The notes under the pieces are model-generated. The model ran no database searches. It was not told where the DNA came from and saw only the letters and a program-made list of their open reading frames with translations. Shown here in pieces: positions 11,330 to 24,859 of a stretch of DNA of 64,000 nt. A program made the translations under genes and the position numbers. The stretch's first letter is position 1; each line of letters begins with the position of its first letter. This DNA is from Eledone cirrhosa (lineage: Eukaryota): the NCBI GenBank assembly GCA_964016885.1, contig OZ024740.1:200260001-200324000 (forward strand). Reading direction: 5' to 3'.

Positions 11330-12225
11330 TATTCTAGAATGATGTCCCTAAAAATTACTAACCGCACAATTGAGCAAGAAACTGAGGTTTTCCATGTCCC
11401 CGTGCATACATACATACATTGGAAGTTAATATTCAATGCTGCGACAAGATACAAAATGGACCAATTCCCAGAGAAAGTTGTGCATGCATACTGAGACGAA
11501 AACCAACGACGATAGAGGGGATAAGTCATTCAAAAAGCCTGACATGGAGTTCCGACAAGTTTGTAACATCTCACCTTGAAAGATATCTCTATGCAATAGA
11601 ACATGAAATCCCATCCAAATATCTGCTACACAAAAGAAGAGGGCCATCATTCGAAAATAAATGTAAAACAAAGATTGAAAATTCTAGCCACATTATTGCC
11701 AACTGTGAAAGAATGTTGTCTCGTTACTACCTCCCTATGAGACATGATGGGATAGCTAGAACCATCTGGAACACACTTAGGAAAACAAGATTAAAAACAA
11801 ATGAGGAGGAATATGTTGAGATAGATAGCACTAACTAATATTGTCGGAACCTGAAAATAAAAACTGCTTCCAAATTAAAGAAAAACTGGCCTGATATTGT
11901 TGTTTGGGACAACACATTGAAAACGTGTTCTGTTGTAGACATCAACTGCCACTTGATGGCAATGTTGTAAGAAAAATGCAGGAGAAAGAGGACATCTCGG
12001 ACGATTGATGATGAGTTTGCAGATCCAGTACCCAAGATACACATTCAGCTTCATATCTATAATTATTGGGGCTACAGGTTATATACTAACTCGTTTGGAC
12101 AAAAGTATGACTAAACTTGAATTTGAGGAAAAAGAACGAAGTTCCTTAATTCATAAACCAAAAATGTTCGCGATATGTGACATCTTCGAAATTTGCAAAA
12201 CATTCTTGCGATTCAATGTATGACA
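11330..12225 (+). mobile_element. R4/Dong/NeSL-like LINE 3' fragment (CCHC plus restriction-like endonuclease)
   Basis: HIIANC...RHDGIARTIW, then PDIVVWD..CSVVDI and IIIGATG; stops and frameshifts. Confidence 0.8.
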
Positions 12226-12417
12226 ATTTTTTGCTGTACAACCTTTCAACCAATATCATGCGTTAAACCAATATAGAAACTCATTGTACTGCATACTTCC
12301 CCTGTATTGTTTATCCTATTGATTTTCATAGACGCAGACACGCATTCACCCACCCACCCATACGCACACATATACACACACACACATACACTCACACACG
12401 CACACACACACACATAA

Positions 12418-12483
<66 letters not shown>

Positions 12484-12489
12484 CATCAA

Positions 12490-12780
12490 AGTTATATAGC
12501 TGCTGCCTGCTAAACAGAATTCCCCCATTTAGCGACGAGGTGATACGTCAGAATGAAAATGGTTTTCGCTAGATTCGCTCCACCACCCCTTACATCGTTG
12601 TTGTTTGCCGTATAGTAGAAAAAGTCAAACACTATGTCGATTTCTGAAAGGCTTTATACTCCATTGATTGCAAGAAAAGCCTTTATAACTGTTTCATTCC
12701 AAGGTAATCATCAGCAAAGACCCGATGATTACCTTGGCTGTATATACTCTACTAATGTATTGAATATCTTACCGTGTTTA
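12490..12780 (+). mobile_element. RTE-like RT fragment
   Basis: cagaatgaaaatggttttcg (NGFR), RSTT, and gtcgatttctgaaaggcttt (VDFxKAF-like). Confidence 0.5.
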
Positions 12781-12799
12781 CCCCCGATTGAACCCGGGA

Positions 12800-12852
12800 C
12801 TCACACACTCAGACACACACAGACACACACACACACACAGACACAGACACAC

Positions 12853-12905
<53 letters not shown>

Positions 12906-12923
12906 CACACACACACACACACA

Positions 12924-13014
<91 letters not shown>

Positions 13015-13016
13015 TT
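12800..13016. repeat. (CA)n/(TA)n microsatellite
   Basis: Direct observation. Confidence 0.97.
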
Positions 13017-13019
13017 ATC

Positions 13020-13255
13020 GTCTTCTTGTTTTCCTTCGGCTGCGATGTTTTTTCGAAATATTTACTACTGCGTTCACAGATTGATATTTTTAGTTTCAGA
13101 AGATCCTGTTAAGGGTGAAAGCAGCGATTATTTGCTTAAACTTTAATCTGTTATTTTAATAAATATTTGCTCTAGGATTCTTATATATTTGATGTATATT
13201 TATCCTTATCGAACCCTCCTTGGATTTTAGTCTTCAAATTTATTATTATTACTAT
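13020..13255 (+). mobile_element. Solo 3' end of the 6.3-9.2 kb Penelope family
   Basis: Matches about 8980-9210, including the CAGAAGA hammerhead-like fold; ends at (TA)n. Confidence 0.85.
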
Positions 13256-13274
13256 ATATATGTATATATATATA

Positions 13275-13410
13275 ATGAAGGAAGTGTGGTAAGGAACCAG
13301 ATGGACCATAACGCACCAGAGTTCTCAATACTTAGGGTAGTAGAGTGGGTAATAGGAAAATGTTTAACTCCGACAGCAGAGCTCAAGCCGTTTCGATGAC
13401 TATTTCGACG
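13275..13410 (-). repeat. Dispersed repeat family C (gaaggaagtgtggtaaggaaccagatggaccataacg), probably a PLE terminus
   Basis: Copies at about 6157, 14580-14655 (rc), 36415, 42260-42345 (rc), 43845; minus strand holds the hammerhead 3' half GAAACGGC..GCTGTC. Confidence 0.65.
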
Positions 13411-13867
13411 GTTATTTCTACTGTTGTATAAATGTAAATATATTTTAGTTATAGAAGTGACGACCGAACGAGTACCCTTTAGCACCAACTAACTTTCCCA
13501 CCGCCTCTGAGACCCGGCGTACAGGATGAAGAATGCATCGTCTTGTGGGACACGCACCTGCGAACGCCCCCCCCCCCCTCTCGATAGATATTATATAAAG
13601 TAATGGAATAGTTACCGTATAACAGGTAAATCACTTTCTATATCTTTGTATACCAAAAAATTAAAAACGGATGAATTTATTGATGAACTAAATGAATGAA
13701 TTCAATGTGCTTCTGTTCTGCTAATATGATTTTATTATATTCATCACATCTCTAGTCAACAAATATACAGAAATTGACAATAGGTGAAAATGAAAGAAAA
13801 TTAAAATGAGAATATACACACATACGCATACAAAATGAGACATGTACACACACACCCTATCTATCCA

Positions 13868-13966
<99 letters not shown>

Positions 13967-14535
13967 ATACATATAGCATATTATATACAAACACGTATTC
14001 GCACACATACTCAAACACACACACATATCTATCTAGGGCGGGTAAAATTACCAAGATCCATGGACGAGTTCTCTACAGCGGTCTCTGTCCCTCATTATCG
14101 CTGCCATGTCCTGCCTCTCCAACAGCCCAGTGCCTGTCCTTAGGGCATCAACATACGTTAACCTTGGTCTTCCTCTTCCAGTGTGTCCATGTAGGGGCTC
14201 CCACAGGAGCACTGAGTTCAATGTCAACTCTGGATGTCGGTGAGCATGTCCAGCTAACCTCAGTCTCCTCTTATATATATATGTATATATGTGTGCGTGT
14301 GAGTGTGTGTGTGTGTGAATGTGTGTGTGTGTGTGTGTGTGTGCATTGGAATGTTGTATTTCTAAAGAAATACGGTATGTTTATAAATAAACAACGGCAG
14401 CTATCGCCACATGGCGGTGTCCCACACAAGCAGGCAAGCCACGTGGGCAAAAATCGATGCATTTCGAACTGAACTCATCAGGGCGATCCCTCCCGCTCAG
14501 GCGAGCATATATATAAACATACATATATATATATA

Positions 14536-14574
<39 letters not shown>

Positions 14575-14743
14575 TATATACCCACTCTACTACCCTAAGT
14601 ATTGAGTACTCTGGTGCGTTATGGTACATCTGGTTCCTTGCCACAGCTCCTTCGTTGTGGGTATATATATATGTATGTATAAACAAGATTTGTTTACGCT
14701 AATCATGCTGGATACCTAAATGTATTCGTGAGTGTATCATCAT

Positions 14744-14928
14744 AATTGTTTCTACATTTGGCACAAGGCCAGCAATTAACCAGTACATTACTGGTACTTT
14801 ATTTTATCGACCCCGTAAGGATGAAAGGCAAAGTTAACCTCGGCGGTATTTGAACTCAGATCGTAAAGGGACGTAACTATGCTGGAAAGCATGGTGTCCG
14901 ACTCTCTACCTATACTGCTAATCCACCA
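14744..14928 (-). mobile_element. SINE family A
   Basis: Matches 2716 and 4933 copies. Confidence 0.9.
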
Positions 14929-15199
14929 ATATTATAACAATAGTATTGATATTCGGTACGTTTGCAAGTAAACAGCCTCATAAATCCATGTCCTAGCAGT
15001 AGCAGAGAGAAAACAATTGCTTCGGAGTTATTGCCACTTATTGAGACAGTGTATCCTCACGTCACTGAAACCCGCTGTAACTGCTGATAATAAATAATAT
15101 TCTCGAAGATATACATCGGCTGATTAAAATAATTTGTATACTGAGAGAATTTACGGCCGGCTTTGCCGAAAATCAAAAGCAAAATTATTTTTTCGCACT

Positions 15200-16020
15200 A
15201 GCGTTGTGGATACCTAAATGTGATGAAGCGAGGAAAACAGATAATTTGAACAAAACAAAGAATGACGCATTAAAAAGATGGACATTTCGTACATGGAATA
15301 CACGAGACAGTTCAGAAAGATAGGAACTGGGAATGGACATGGAAAAATGACTTAAAAGTTGAAACTGAGGCCCTTATTTTTGCAGCCCAGGAACAGGCAG
15401 TGGGAACGAACGTCATCAAGTTCAATATTGACAAGTCAGTGAATTCCCCACTTTATAATGTGTATGGTGAGAAAGGTGAGACAATAAATCACATTATTAG
15501 TGAATGTAAGATGCTTGCTCTGAAAGAGTACAAGAGAAGGCATGACAACATTACCAGATTGGTTCACTAGAAGCTCTTTCATAAGTATGACATGAGCAGA
15601 AGTGAGAAATGTTATGAACACCAACCGGAAAGGATGACTGAAAATGAACAGTATATGATCTTGTGTGACATGACCATCGGGTGCAACCCTTTTTTCGTGA
15701 CTAGATATCCTGACATTGTTGTCGTAGGAATACAGAATAACAACAAATGTATCGTTGATATTGCTTCACCTTGGGACCAAGGGGTGAATGAGAAAGAAAG
15801 TGAGTGAGTTTATCATAGATATAACCTGTCCAGCTGATAACAAGGTATGCGCTAAAAAACGAAAACATTGATAAATATGACAGGCTGGCTTGAGATATTA
15901 AGCAGTTCCGGTTACTGAAAAAGGTGATGGCTTTATCAATAATAATTGGAGTCTTTGGTACAGGGAGTTAAGATCTTGAGAAGTACATTAAACGAATAAG
16001 GATTGCAATACGGATGGAAT
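15200..16020 (+). mobile_element. R4/Dong-like LINE 3' fragment
   Basis: ETEALIFAAQEQA...ETINHIISECKMLA..YKRRHDNI...PDIVV..VDIASPWD. Confidence 0.88.
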
Positions 16021-16204
16021 AGGGTACTAAAAATATATGAGGTGTTACCCCAGTTCACGAGTAGTGAACAGTTAACACTGTCATAGATCTCCAGCTTTAG
16101 AAGCTTGGCGAAGAAACAATAATAACAGCAACAATAATAATGATTTCTTTATTAACCACAAATGGTTACAAAAAAATATATTAGGGAAAAAAAAACTTGA
16201 AATT

Positions 16205-16950
16205 AAAACAAAAAAGAAAAGTTTCCCGAAATGGGACAGAAATCACCGAGGGTTACTCTTCGAGAAATCCCACAAAAGCCCAAGGTCACCCTGACACATA
16301 AGGCAAGCTCCCTCTCCAAGATGTCCTCTTCCATGCACATGCTCGATGTAGGACCATTCACACTGGCCGTTCTTTCCCCTGTCACCTTTCAACAAAGACA
16401 CTGAAAGGCAGCACTTTTTTCTCCACCCTGATTTTCATATTTACGTAAAAAACCTGAAAACGTCAATGAGGGCGTCAGCGAAGGGGAAATTGCCCCTCTT
16501 CAACCCTTTAAGACGCGTCTACCATACGACCTGTTTCACCATGGCCACCAGACAGGTACAAACAGGCTTTCCTTCCTGGTTGAAAGGGTCGGCGTGGCGA
16601 TCTTCATGATGGACTCAGCTGATATGCGTCCTACACGTGACAGCAAATATTCGAAATAAACCCACAAGACGGCGATACTCGGGTTCGGAAAAAGTACGTG
16701 TATGACGGTTTGGTCACCACGCAAATTCTCGGATAGGTCCGGTTGACCGCACTTCTATGCCTGTAAAGATTATCTAGAACTGGCAACGCTCCCTAGTAGC
16801 AGTTTCTCCGGATGAGAATGGCTAGTTGGTTTTCATCGAAGCCCAGACTATCCCATCTTTATATTTCATCTGCCAATCACCCACCTTGTGGATTGTTGTC
16901 TCTGTTTACCACTAGCCGGTGGTCTCTGTTCTCTGAGGCATCTTTACCCA
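16205..16950 (-). mobile_element. Tx1/L1-like LINE 3' fragment
   Basis: LWVYFEYLLSRVGRISAESIMKI is homologous to LWNYAEQLLSRMGQIQLTAESIVRI at 43064. Confidence 0.65.
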
Positions 16951-17016
16951 TCATAGTCTTTGACAGCATTTAGCTGTCTTGACGGTTGTTCTAGCGTTGA
17001 TTGTTCTTATTTCCAA

Positions 17017-17058
<42 letters not shown>

Positions 17059-17508
17059 TTATCTAGTATTATCCTTATCCGGTCCGTATTCCTATCATCC
17101 TATTTTCCATATGTTCTATGCCAATGGTTGTTCGAGTACGACTACCTGTATAATGCAGACATTGGCAAAAACGTAATTGCTGTTGCGGTCGCCTTAGATG
17201 GTTATCAAACCAGGAAGTGATTTTCATGTCATACCACATGATTGTGAAAGTGTTTCAAGCCTGCTAGCGTTTGATAGGCATTGCATGCTTTTTGGTGCTA
17301 TGTTAGACCATCTACAGAGTGACAAACTTTGGTACACATACTACAGGCAGAATCAATATGTATGATGTAGTCATCGGCGTTATTGCCGTGAGTGTGATTT
17401 TGCTATGGCTTATACATCTCCATGTATACACACATCAAGCCACACTCATATACCCACACACAAATACGTACATACGCACACTTATTTATATATATATATA
17501 TATAACAT

Positions 17509-17570
<62 letters not shown>

Positions 17571-18169
17571 GTTATTGTAAACATATATACATGTAAATCT
17601 GGTCATTTTGATAACATTTGGCCATTGATGATGCAGGCTTTATTGTCCATGTGTGTACTCCATCTAAATATGTGATGAATTGCTGTGACATATATACTCT
17701 GCTTGCGATAATTATTCGAAGAATAATTTCTCATAGATGTGCTATTTTTATTTGATTAGTTAGAGAAACGAAAGCAGTGCTTATGTCTTTTAAGAACCTA
17801 CAAGAAGCATGTGAATGAGAAAAATATGTTGTCCGCATATTCGAGATCTAGTCCAAACGCTTGCAGCAGAGTAGTCTCAGCAAAAAACACCCAAGAGCAA
17901 ATCCTGGTGGTGTTAAGCTAGATAATAGTGTAAGTCTAACTACCTCCATCCTATTTGAAAAAATGAGATTGCTAATTTAGTGACTGGGGCTCTTTGATTA
18001 AACTTTGCTGTTGTAACATACTGTGTCTTTGAATAATCAGATCATGTTTCATCCTCACCATTTTGACGTATATGTGTTCTGTAATGAAGTTGGAAATTCC
18101 GCTATTTATATTTTATTTGCATTTGTGTGAATGTGTACGTGTATAAATGAATGTAAACATTTATACATG

Positions 18170-18945
18170 CATGCCGCCGCTAAATCGAAAGTCATGACGT
18201 CACTGATCTCGCCTGATGCCTGGCAGCCAATATCTGTCGAGGGCGTGGACCTGGAGGATATGGAGTCCTTCGTTTACTTGGCCTCAACAGTGGTTCCAAC
18301 GGGACAGGGCGCAGCCGAGGTCAAGCGTGGTATAGGTGCGGCCAGATCCGCTTTTGGGCGCCTCCAACGGTGTCTGTGGGACAGAAGTGAGATTACCTCG
18401 GCGATCAAAGGTCGAATCTACCAGGCCGTCATTCGCACTATCCTCCTCTATGGCTGTGAAACATGTCCTATGAGGGTAGTCGATCAACGAGGGCTGGTGG
18501 TCTTCGACAATGACTGTCTCCGCCGCATTCTTCGCTGCCGATGCGTTGATCGGGTACCTACCACCAGTCGTCGTCTTCGCCTGAATTTCGACCCCTTCCT
18601 ACAGTGCTTCTGCAAAACCGCTTGAGATGGTTTGGTCACGCAGCCCGGCGCCCTGAGGGTGAGCTGATCCGCGATGTTCTCCGCCCACCTCCACTCTCTA
18701 ACTGGTGCAAGCGCTTTGGCGGGCAGCTAAAGACCTGGGCAACCACGATCAAGGAGGACAACTCCGAACTCTCACGTCCGCAGGTGGTCGGCCTGCGCCG
18801 ATGGAACCGTGACTGGCTCGCTATCTCCAGTGACCTAGCCTCGGACCGTCGTGCGTGGGCTGCCATGGTTCGGGATGCCGTCAGGACAAGGGAAGAAGCC
18901 GGCTCAACCCGTCCAGGGTGAATGTCGACACAAGTGCAAGTAAGT
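18170..18945 (+). mobile_element. RTE-clade LINE 3' fragment (RT thumb and C-terminus)
   Basis: FVYLAS..ARSAFGRL..LW..KGRIYQAVIRTILLYGCET..NDCLRRIL, frameshift, RLRWFGHAARR..LASDRRAW; short caagt-repeat tail. Confidence 0.92.
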
Positions 18946-20061
18946 AGTACACATGCACACTATTTGTAATGTGTAATGACCACAGAATGATTATTAAATC
19001 GATAGATACATAAATTGTAGAACAGATGCATATATAGTTATTTAGATAAATAGAAGTAGTTTTGTAGTACTGGAACATAATTGCTTTAGTGTATACATCA
19101 TTTAATCCGTAAGTATATTTGAATTTTACAACGTTGAATACTTTTAATATGAACGATATTTGTTTGGATATGGTTAATATCATTAAAAGTAGGTCTATTT
19201 CCTCATGTAGATAAAACTCTCTGATATCTATCTCATTCTATGTTACTGATGAAATTGCGATTTATATTGGATAATATTTCCTGAATAGTTCTATTTCCAA
19301 AATTTTAAAATCACATTTTATAACTAGAAGACATTCTAATTTCCGATGGTTTGAAAAATGACCGTTCATATAAATGTATGAAACTTAGCATGTTTAATGA
19401 CATGAAATGATGGAGTTATTTCCTCTGTTATTAAGTCAGAACTCTCTATGTAATCAATCTATCAATATTCAAAATCAAAAGAAAAAAAACAATAAAAGTT
19501 AGATTTTATGAGTCTCTCGACTATTCCTACAACACACAAGAAATAAATCTAATTACAAGTTAGTATAAATGTAAAATGGTATTTAAATATATTAGCTACA
19601 TCTATAGTATTTGTTCTTCAGTGAAGGTATGTATACTTGGTCAATGACGTGATGTTACAACAATTTCCTTTCAATTCTTCTTATTCGTTGAAATGATTTA
19701 TGTCTAGGTTTCCACTGGTTAAAATATTTTTGAACATTTACATTTGTCAGTTATGTCAGTCTGTCTTATTTTCATATCACTCCTGTACTATTTGTTATAT
19801 TTGTGACAAGGTAATTACAAATGTTTCTGAACAAGATACAGTAGAGTTAAATAAATGGATAGATATAGATTCAATGGTTCATTTGATTATTCTTACTTAA
19901 CGGAGTCATATGGGTAATGGAGGCAACAATGACGTTTCCGACATTTCCATATTGATATAAGTATGAGAGGAAATTATTCCCAAACTAAAGACCTTGTTCG
20001 AATACTTACAAGAAAGTGCGCTCCATATACCAGCGGTGTTAAGTGAGACTCCTGAATTTTT

Positions 20062-20240
20062 CAGCTAATAAAGATTACTTCTTTATTAACATCTGATTTG
20101 ATAATCTCTGGTGTCAGAGGGTAATTCATCTTAAGCACATGTTCTATATCCGATTTGCCAATTTTAAGGTATTCGCCAACTAGAGGTCTATTTCTGCCAA
20201 TGACTTAGCACGACAGTTTGTGATCTCTTTAGCTTGGTGT
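20062..20240 (-). pseudogene. Possible Death-domain remnant
   Basis: TPS*RDHKLSC*VIGRNRPLVGEYLKIGKSDIEHVLKMNYPLTPEII, then NQMLIK after a frameshift. Confidence 0.4.
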
Positions 20241-21139
20241 GAGCTTTTAACCATTATTATTGTTGTGATTCCACCTTCCTTATAAATCAATATTACTTCA
20301 ATACTTCAGCTGATGTTTGCTATGTATTCTCATCCACGAAGAGGAATAAAGCACCTGTTCTTTGTAAATGTTCTATTCATGTGCGTAACTATTAGAATTC
20401 ATTGAATTCGTATAGGTGGTGCTCAAGTCCTTTCGGGTTGGTGGATTGATGGGATGACTCAAAACGTCAACTGTATGCGCTGTGGTATCTATTCCACTTT
20501 TGTGCGTTCTGCGTTCGAATTTCGCTACCGCTATCCCAGCAGGTTGGAGTTTCACGAGAAGTAATATTTCTAAATTCACGAGCATGAATATTCTCAAATA
20601 CCAATCAAAACCAATGTATTCATTACATTTGATATTCTGCTGTAAGCGGATTAGAAATCTTTACAGGTGTAGTCCCATAGTTTATATTTCAAGGCAATGT
20701 TCTATCTTCATTAGAACCCGTTTCCTTATTTGTGAAAAATATACTTTTCTGTTATTGTAAGCGGTGCATTATTTTACATGATGTTTTCATTTTAATCTAT
20801 TATATTTCAAGAACTGCCTCCTCCTGTCTCATTGAATTATGGATTATTTATGATGGAGGAAAACATTTTTGGGGAGTTAAATTGATTGAATTATAAAAGT
20901 AGAACATTTTTGACGAGTTAGATTTATTACATTATAAATGTAACATCTTCGGATGTGTAATTGGCAACTAGATTGTCCAGTAACGGAATAGATCAGCAAG
21001 AGAGAGTTACTGCAGTTCTCACATGTCAAAAGCGCAATGATGTAATTCAACCCATAATTTGTATCATCCGTATTAAATTTACAACAGCTGTTGTGTGTGT
21101 ATTTCTCTTTGTCTTTCATTTTCCACCATCCCCCCTCAT

Positions 21140-21179
21140 TCTCTTTCTCTCGCTCATCTCTTTCTTTTTCTCTCTCTCA

Positions 21180-21240
<61 letters not shown>

Positions 21241-21282
21241 CTCTCTCTCTCTTTCTCCCTCTCTCACCCTCTCTCTCTCTCT
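21140..21282. repeat. (CT)n microsatellite
   Basis: Direct observation. Confidence 0.95.
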
Positions 21283-22467
21283 GGTATAATTAAATGATAA
21301 AAGAAACACTATATACTTGACATGCCAATGATAACATGGATTTGCCTTCTTTAACTGAGAACGTCATACCTATTAGTTAAGAGCACCTGCAGTAAAAGGA
21401 ATAGCAATATGTCAAGTGATTTTTTAATGTGGCGAACATTCCTCATATCTTCTGCCAAATGTATATTCTTAGCAATTCAGTATTTTTGCAATATAATCAA
21501 ATGCGCATCCTATTTAAATAAATCACCTAAAAGAAATCAGTAAGTTCTTCAAGTTTTTTTAAATTTAGATATGTAAATTATGAAATTTCGCATTCTAGTT
21601 AATTTGACTTTACCTTTAAATCAAATATATACTGGTAGGTAATTATGGAATGCTATGCAAATACATCCCTACTGAATTTTGCTAATATCTAAATAATTTT
21701 CATGGAGATAATTATTATGAAAATATTTATCTTAAATAATTGTTTGTGAAGTGAAAAATACTATGAGGAAATTTTATTAATATATTTATTAACATAAATT
21801 GATGTCAAGATGCAGAAAGATTTATTTAACTTAAAGGGATTCACCATTGGAAAACATTTTCTTAAATCTCAAATATAGTTAAATAATTAAATATCTAAGT
21901 TTCAATGTATTTTACATAGAAAATTATGTTTCTTCGAATGAAATTAATGAAAGCAGTTACATGGGTTTTTATTGATTTTATTTTCATATATTACATAATA
22001 AGAATAATTCCCTAAAATAATTAAATAAAGCATTGATTAATAATTATTAGTTATGAAAGCAGCCTACGTAAATCGAAACAAGGCTAAGAACGGATTTTGT
22101 TGATTCAAATGTTCAAGTGATAAAAAAGAGCTAAGATTTTTGAAGCCTTGAATGGAAATAATTGGTTATTTAAAATAATATATCAGTGTGTACATTAGGA
22201 GAATATATGTAAAGGCTAAATTAACTGCAACACATAGTAATTATATAATATTATAGAAAAAGGCGAGTAATCTGATTTAATAGGATAGTTGTTAAGCGAT
22301 GCAATATGAACGAGATACCCCTATTAAACATATAGAAAAGGAAAAGGGTGAATCCTTATGTTGGACCAAGGAAGCGATAGTTCCATTTTTCTTTCCATTG
22401 CTGTTACTATCTGTTGGCCGCAAATCCTGGCAGATAGAGAAATAGAAGAGCACAATAAATAGGTGCG

Positions 22468-22597
22468 AAATGGCAGAGTCGTTAGAAGGCCGGATAGAAT
22501 CCTTCATGGTATTCGTTCCAGCTCTATGCACTCTGAGTTCAATTCCTGTCGCGGTCAACTTTGCCTTTCATCCTTTCGTTAAAAAAATGTACCAGTC
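22468..22597 (+). mobile_element. Older SINE family A-related copy
   Basis: tggcagagtcgttag (A box), gagttcaattcc (B box), gcctttcatcctttcg. Confidence 0.8.
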
Positions 22598-23384
22598 TAT
22601 TAATAGTATCTTCGTTCTTCTTTTCGTGCGCAAACACACACAGATAGAACAAAAAACCAACAAGTAACAAATAAACGTTAAAATGAATAAATAAAAACAC
22701 TCAAGCGCATGACCGGATATAACGCATGCGCAACCCAAGTACACAGCTCACAAAAACGAGATGATGTAGAACAGAACAAAGAAGAGACAGAAAATAAGCC
22801 AAAATATCGATTGGGGAGGGATATAGACTACACCAACTAAAATAAGTCAATTTTACTCATACAATGTCCCCAACGATGCTTTCTGGAATCATGAAACAAT
22901 ATTAATTATCTCTAAACATTGGAACAACCAACAATGGAACATTTAATTCCGTCTTTAGGGGGGAATTGTTTGGAATAAGAGGAAATATTGAATATAAATT
23001 ATACAGACCATATTGTTCCCGAGACCACATGGTGTTCATCACGTTGAGTCAGTAAACTACTAAATGAACATATCTCTTTATATATATTAGTGCAAATCAA
23101 CAGGCTTATGGTGACGCTAGAAATAACTCCCCGAAAAAAAACGTCTAAAAAAAGGAGTAGCCAATACCAATTTAAAAGTTATTTGTCTTTCCTACTTAAA
23201 CATCTCAATGAAAGGATAATATATGAACAAAGAAAAAAAGGATAAAGATAACATAACTCCCCGTGTAGTCGGAGAGGCACCGTCATACAGCATGTCTGGT
23301 GCACTTTAAAAACCTGGCGGAACCCAGCCCTCTCCAGGTCTGAGCACAGCTGAATTTTTCTATACAGGAAGAATCAACCCAATA

Positions 23385-23530
23385 CTGGACTGGTACTTTT
23401 TTTATCAACATCGAAAGGATGAAAGGTGAAGTTGACCACGACGGGATTTGAACTCAGCACACAATGAGGGTGGACAAATGCCGTAAAGCATTGTGTCCGA
23501 CGTCTTAACTACTCTGCCAGTTTGCCTCAT
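23385..23530 (-). mobile_element. Older SINE family A-related copy
   Basis: ctggtact..cgaaaggatgaaaggtgaagttgacc..ggatttgaactcag..ctctgcca. Confidence 0.8.
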
Positions 23531-23756
23531 AATATATACAGATAAGTTATAATCCGAGAGAAATAATTCAACATAAGCCAAGAAATCGACTTTACACATA
23601 AAAGATCCCCAAACTTGACTTCTGGAATCAAGACACATTATCAATTATTTCAGAATATTTGAACAACCAATATATAAATAATTAATTCCGTATTTAGTGG
23701 AAGAATTCTTGGAATTAGAGGAGATATTGAATATAATGAATATATATTAATGGTAC

Positions 23757-23792
<36 letters not shown>

Positions 23793-24398
23793 GTCAGGTC
23801 ACCAGTTGGTGCTACTGGTAACATGTATCCCAGTACAACCTGTCCCATGGTCGGGTCGTTGGCGACTAAACTGGCAACCCCACCAAGGTTTCTTGGTGAG
23901 GAGGGTGACTTTGGACATCCTGCAGGACTAAAAACAAAACCTGTGAAAGGGCAAAGGAGCTCTTAAGAGTCAATGGCCATCCAAAATCACCGGGAGAGAT
24001 GACCCCTTAGCCTTTGTCAAGGCAGAATTCTAGGAGAAGGAAAACTCTGATATAACACCTGCAACCCTGATGGTATCCAATGATGTTGACTTGTTCTTCT
24101 TTTTGGTAAATATCATCTTGGTTAAGAGAGTGGGACTGGCTTTGTGCAGTGCCTTTGCTCACTATAAAAGCTTCACGGCACAGGCATTGCTTTATATCTG
24201 GAGATCTCTCTGCACTTGTCGTCACATGGTACCATGGGCCCAGCACTATGTGTCAGTAATTGTCGCAAGTGTAGTGTTTGTACCAGAGTTTTCAAGTCAC
24301 TGGCTGGACTAAAAAGTCACACTCGTTCAGCGCATCGGTAGGGGTTCTCCTACATGGATATAAAGTAGTGGCCGTACTCGAAAACGAGTTGGCAGCCA

Positions 24399-24446
<48 letters not shown>

Positions 24447-24820
24447 GAGTGTGGGTGTGTGGGTGAGTGTGTTTGTATCTGTGTGTATATGGCATACAGT
24501 TGTATTTAAATCTATGGAAGTACAACTATCTTTATGTGGGGACAACCTTGCTCTAACACCTATGTGTATGACTTATCATTTACTATATATATATATATAT
24601 ATTAAACACACTAGCTTGTTTCTCAATTGATATATCCTCATATATCGTTTACAAATATATTATATTATTGATGCTCTGTTTGTGAAGCTTTTTACTGAGA
24701 AACATTATCGATATATATTTTATATGTATTGATTAAACCTAAAATCAACTTCAAGCGTATGCATATATATACATTTATGCGAAGCTTCATCATGCTATTC
24801 TTCATTACCCGTTTTATATA

Positions 24821-24859
<39 letters not shown>

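Noticed and set aside
23790-24400. GC-richer block with short ORFs, partly echoed at about 63945-64000
   Set aside because: Probably a LINE 5' UTR or other dispersed repeat; no protein motif supports a call.
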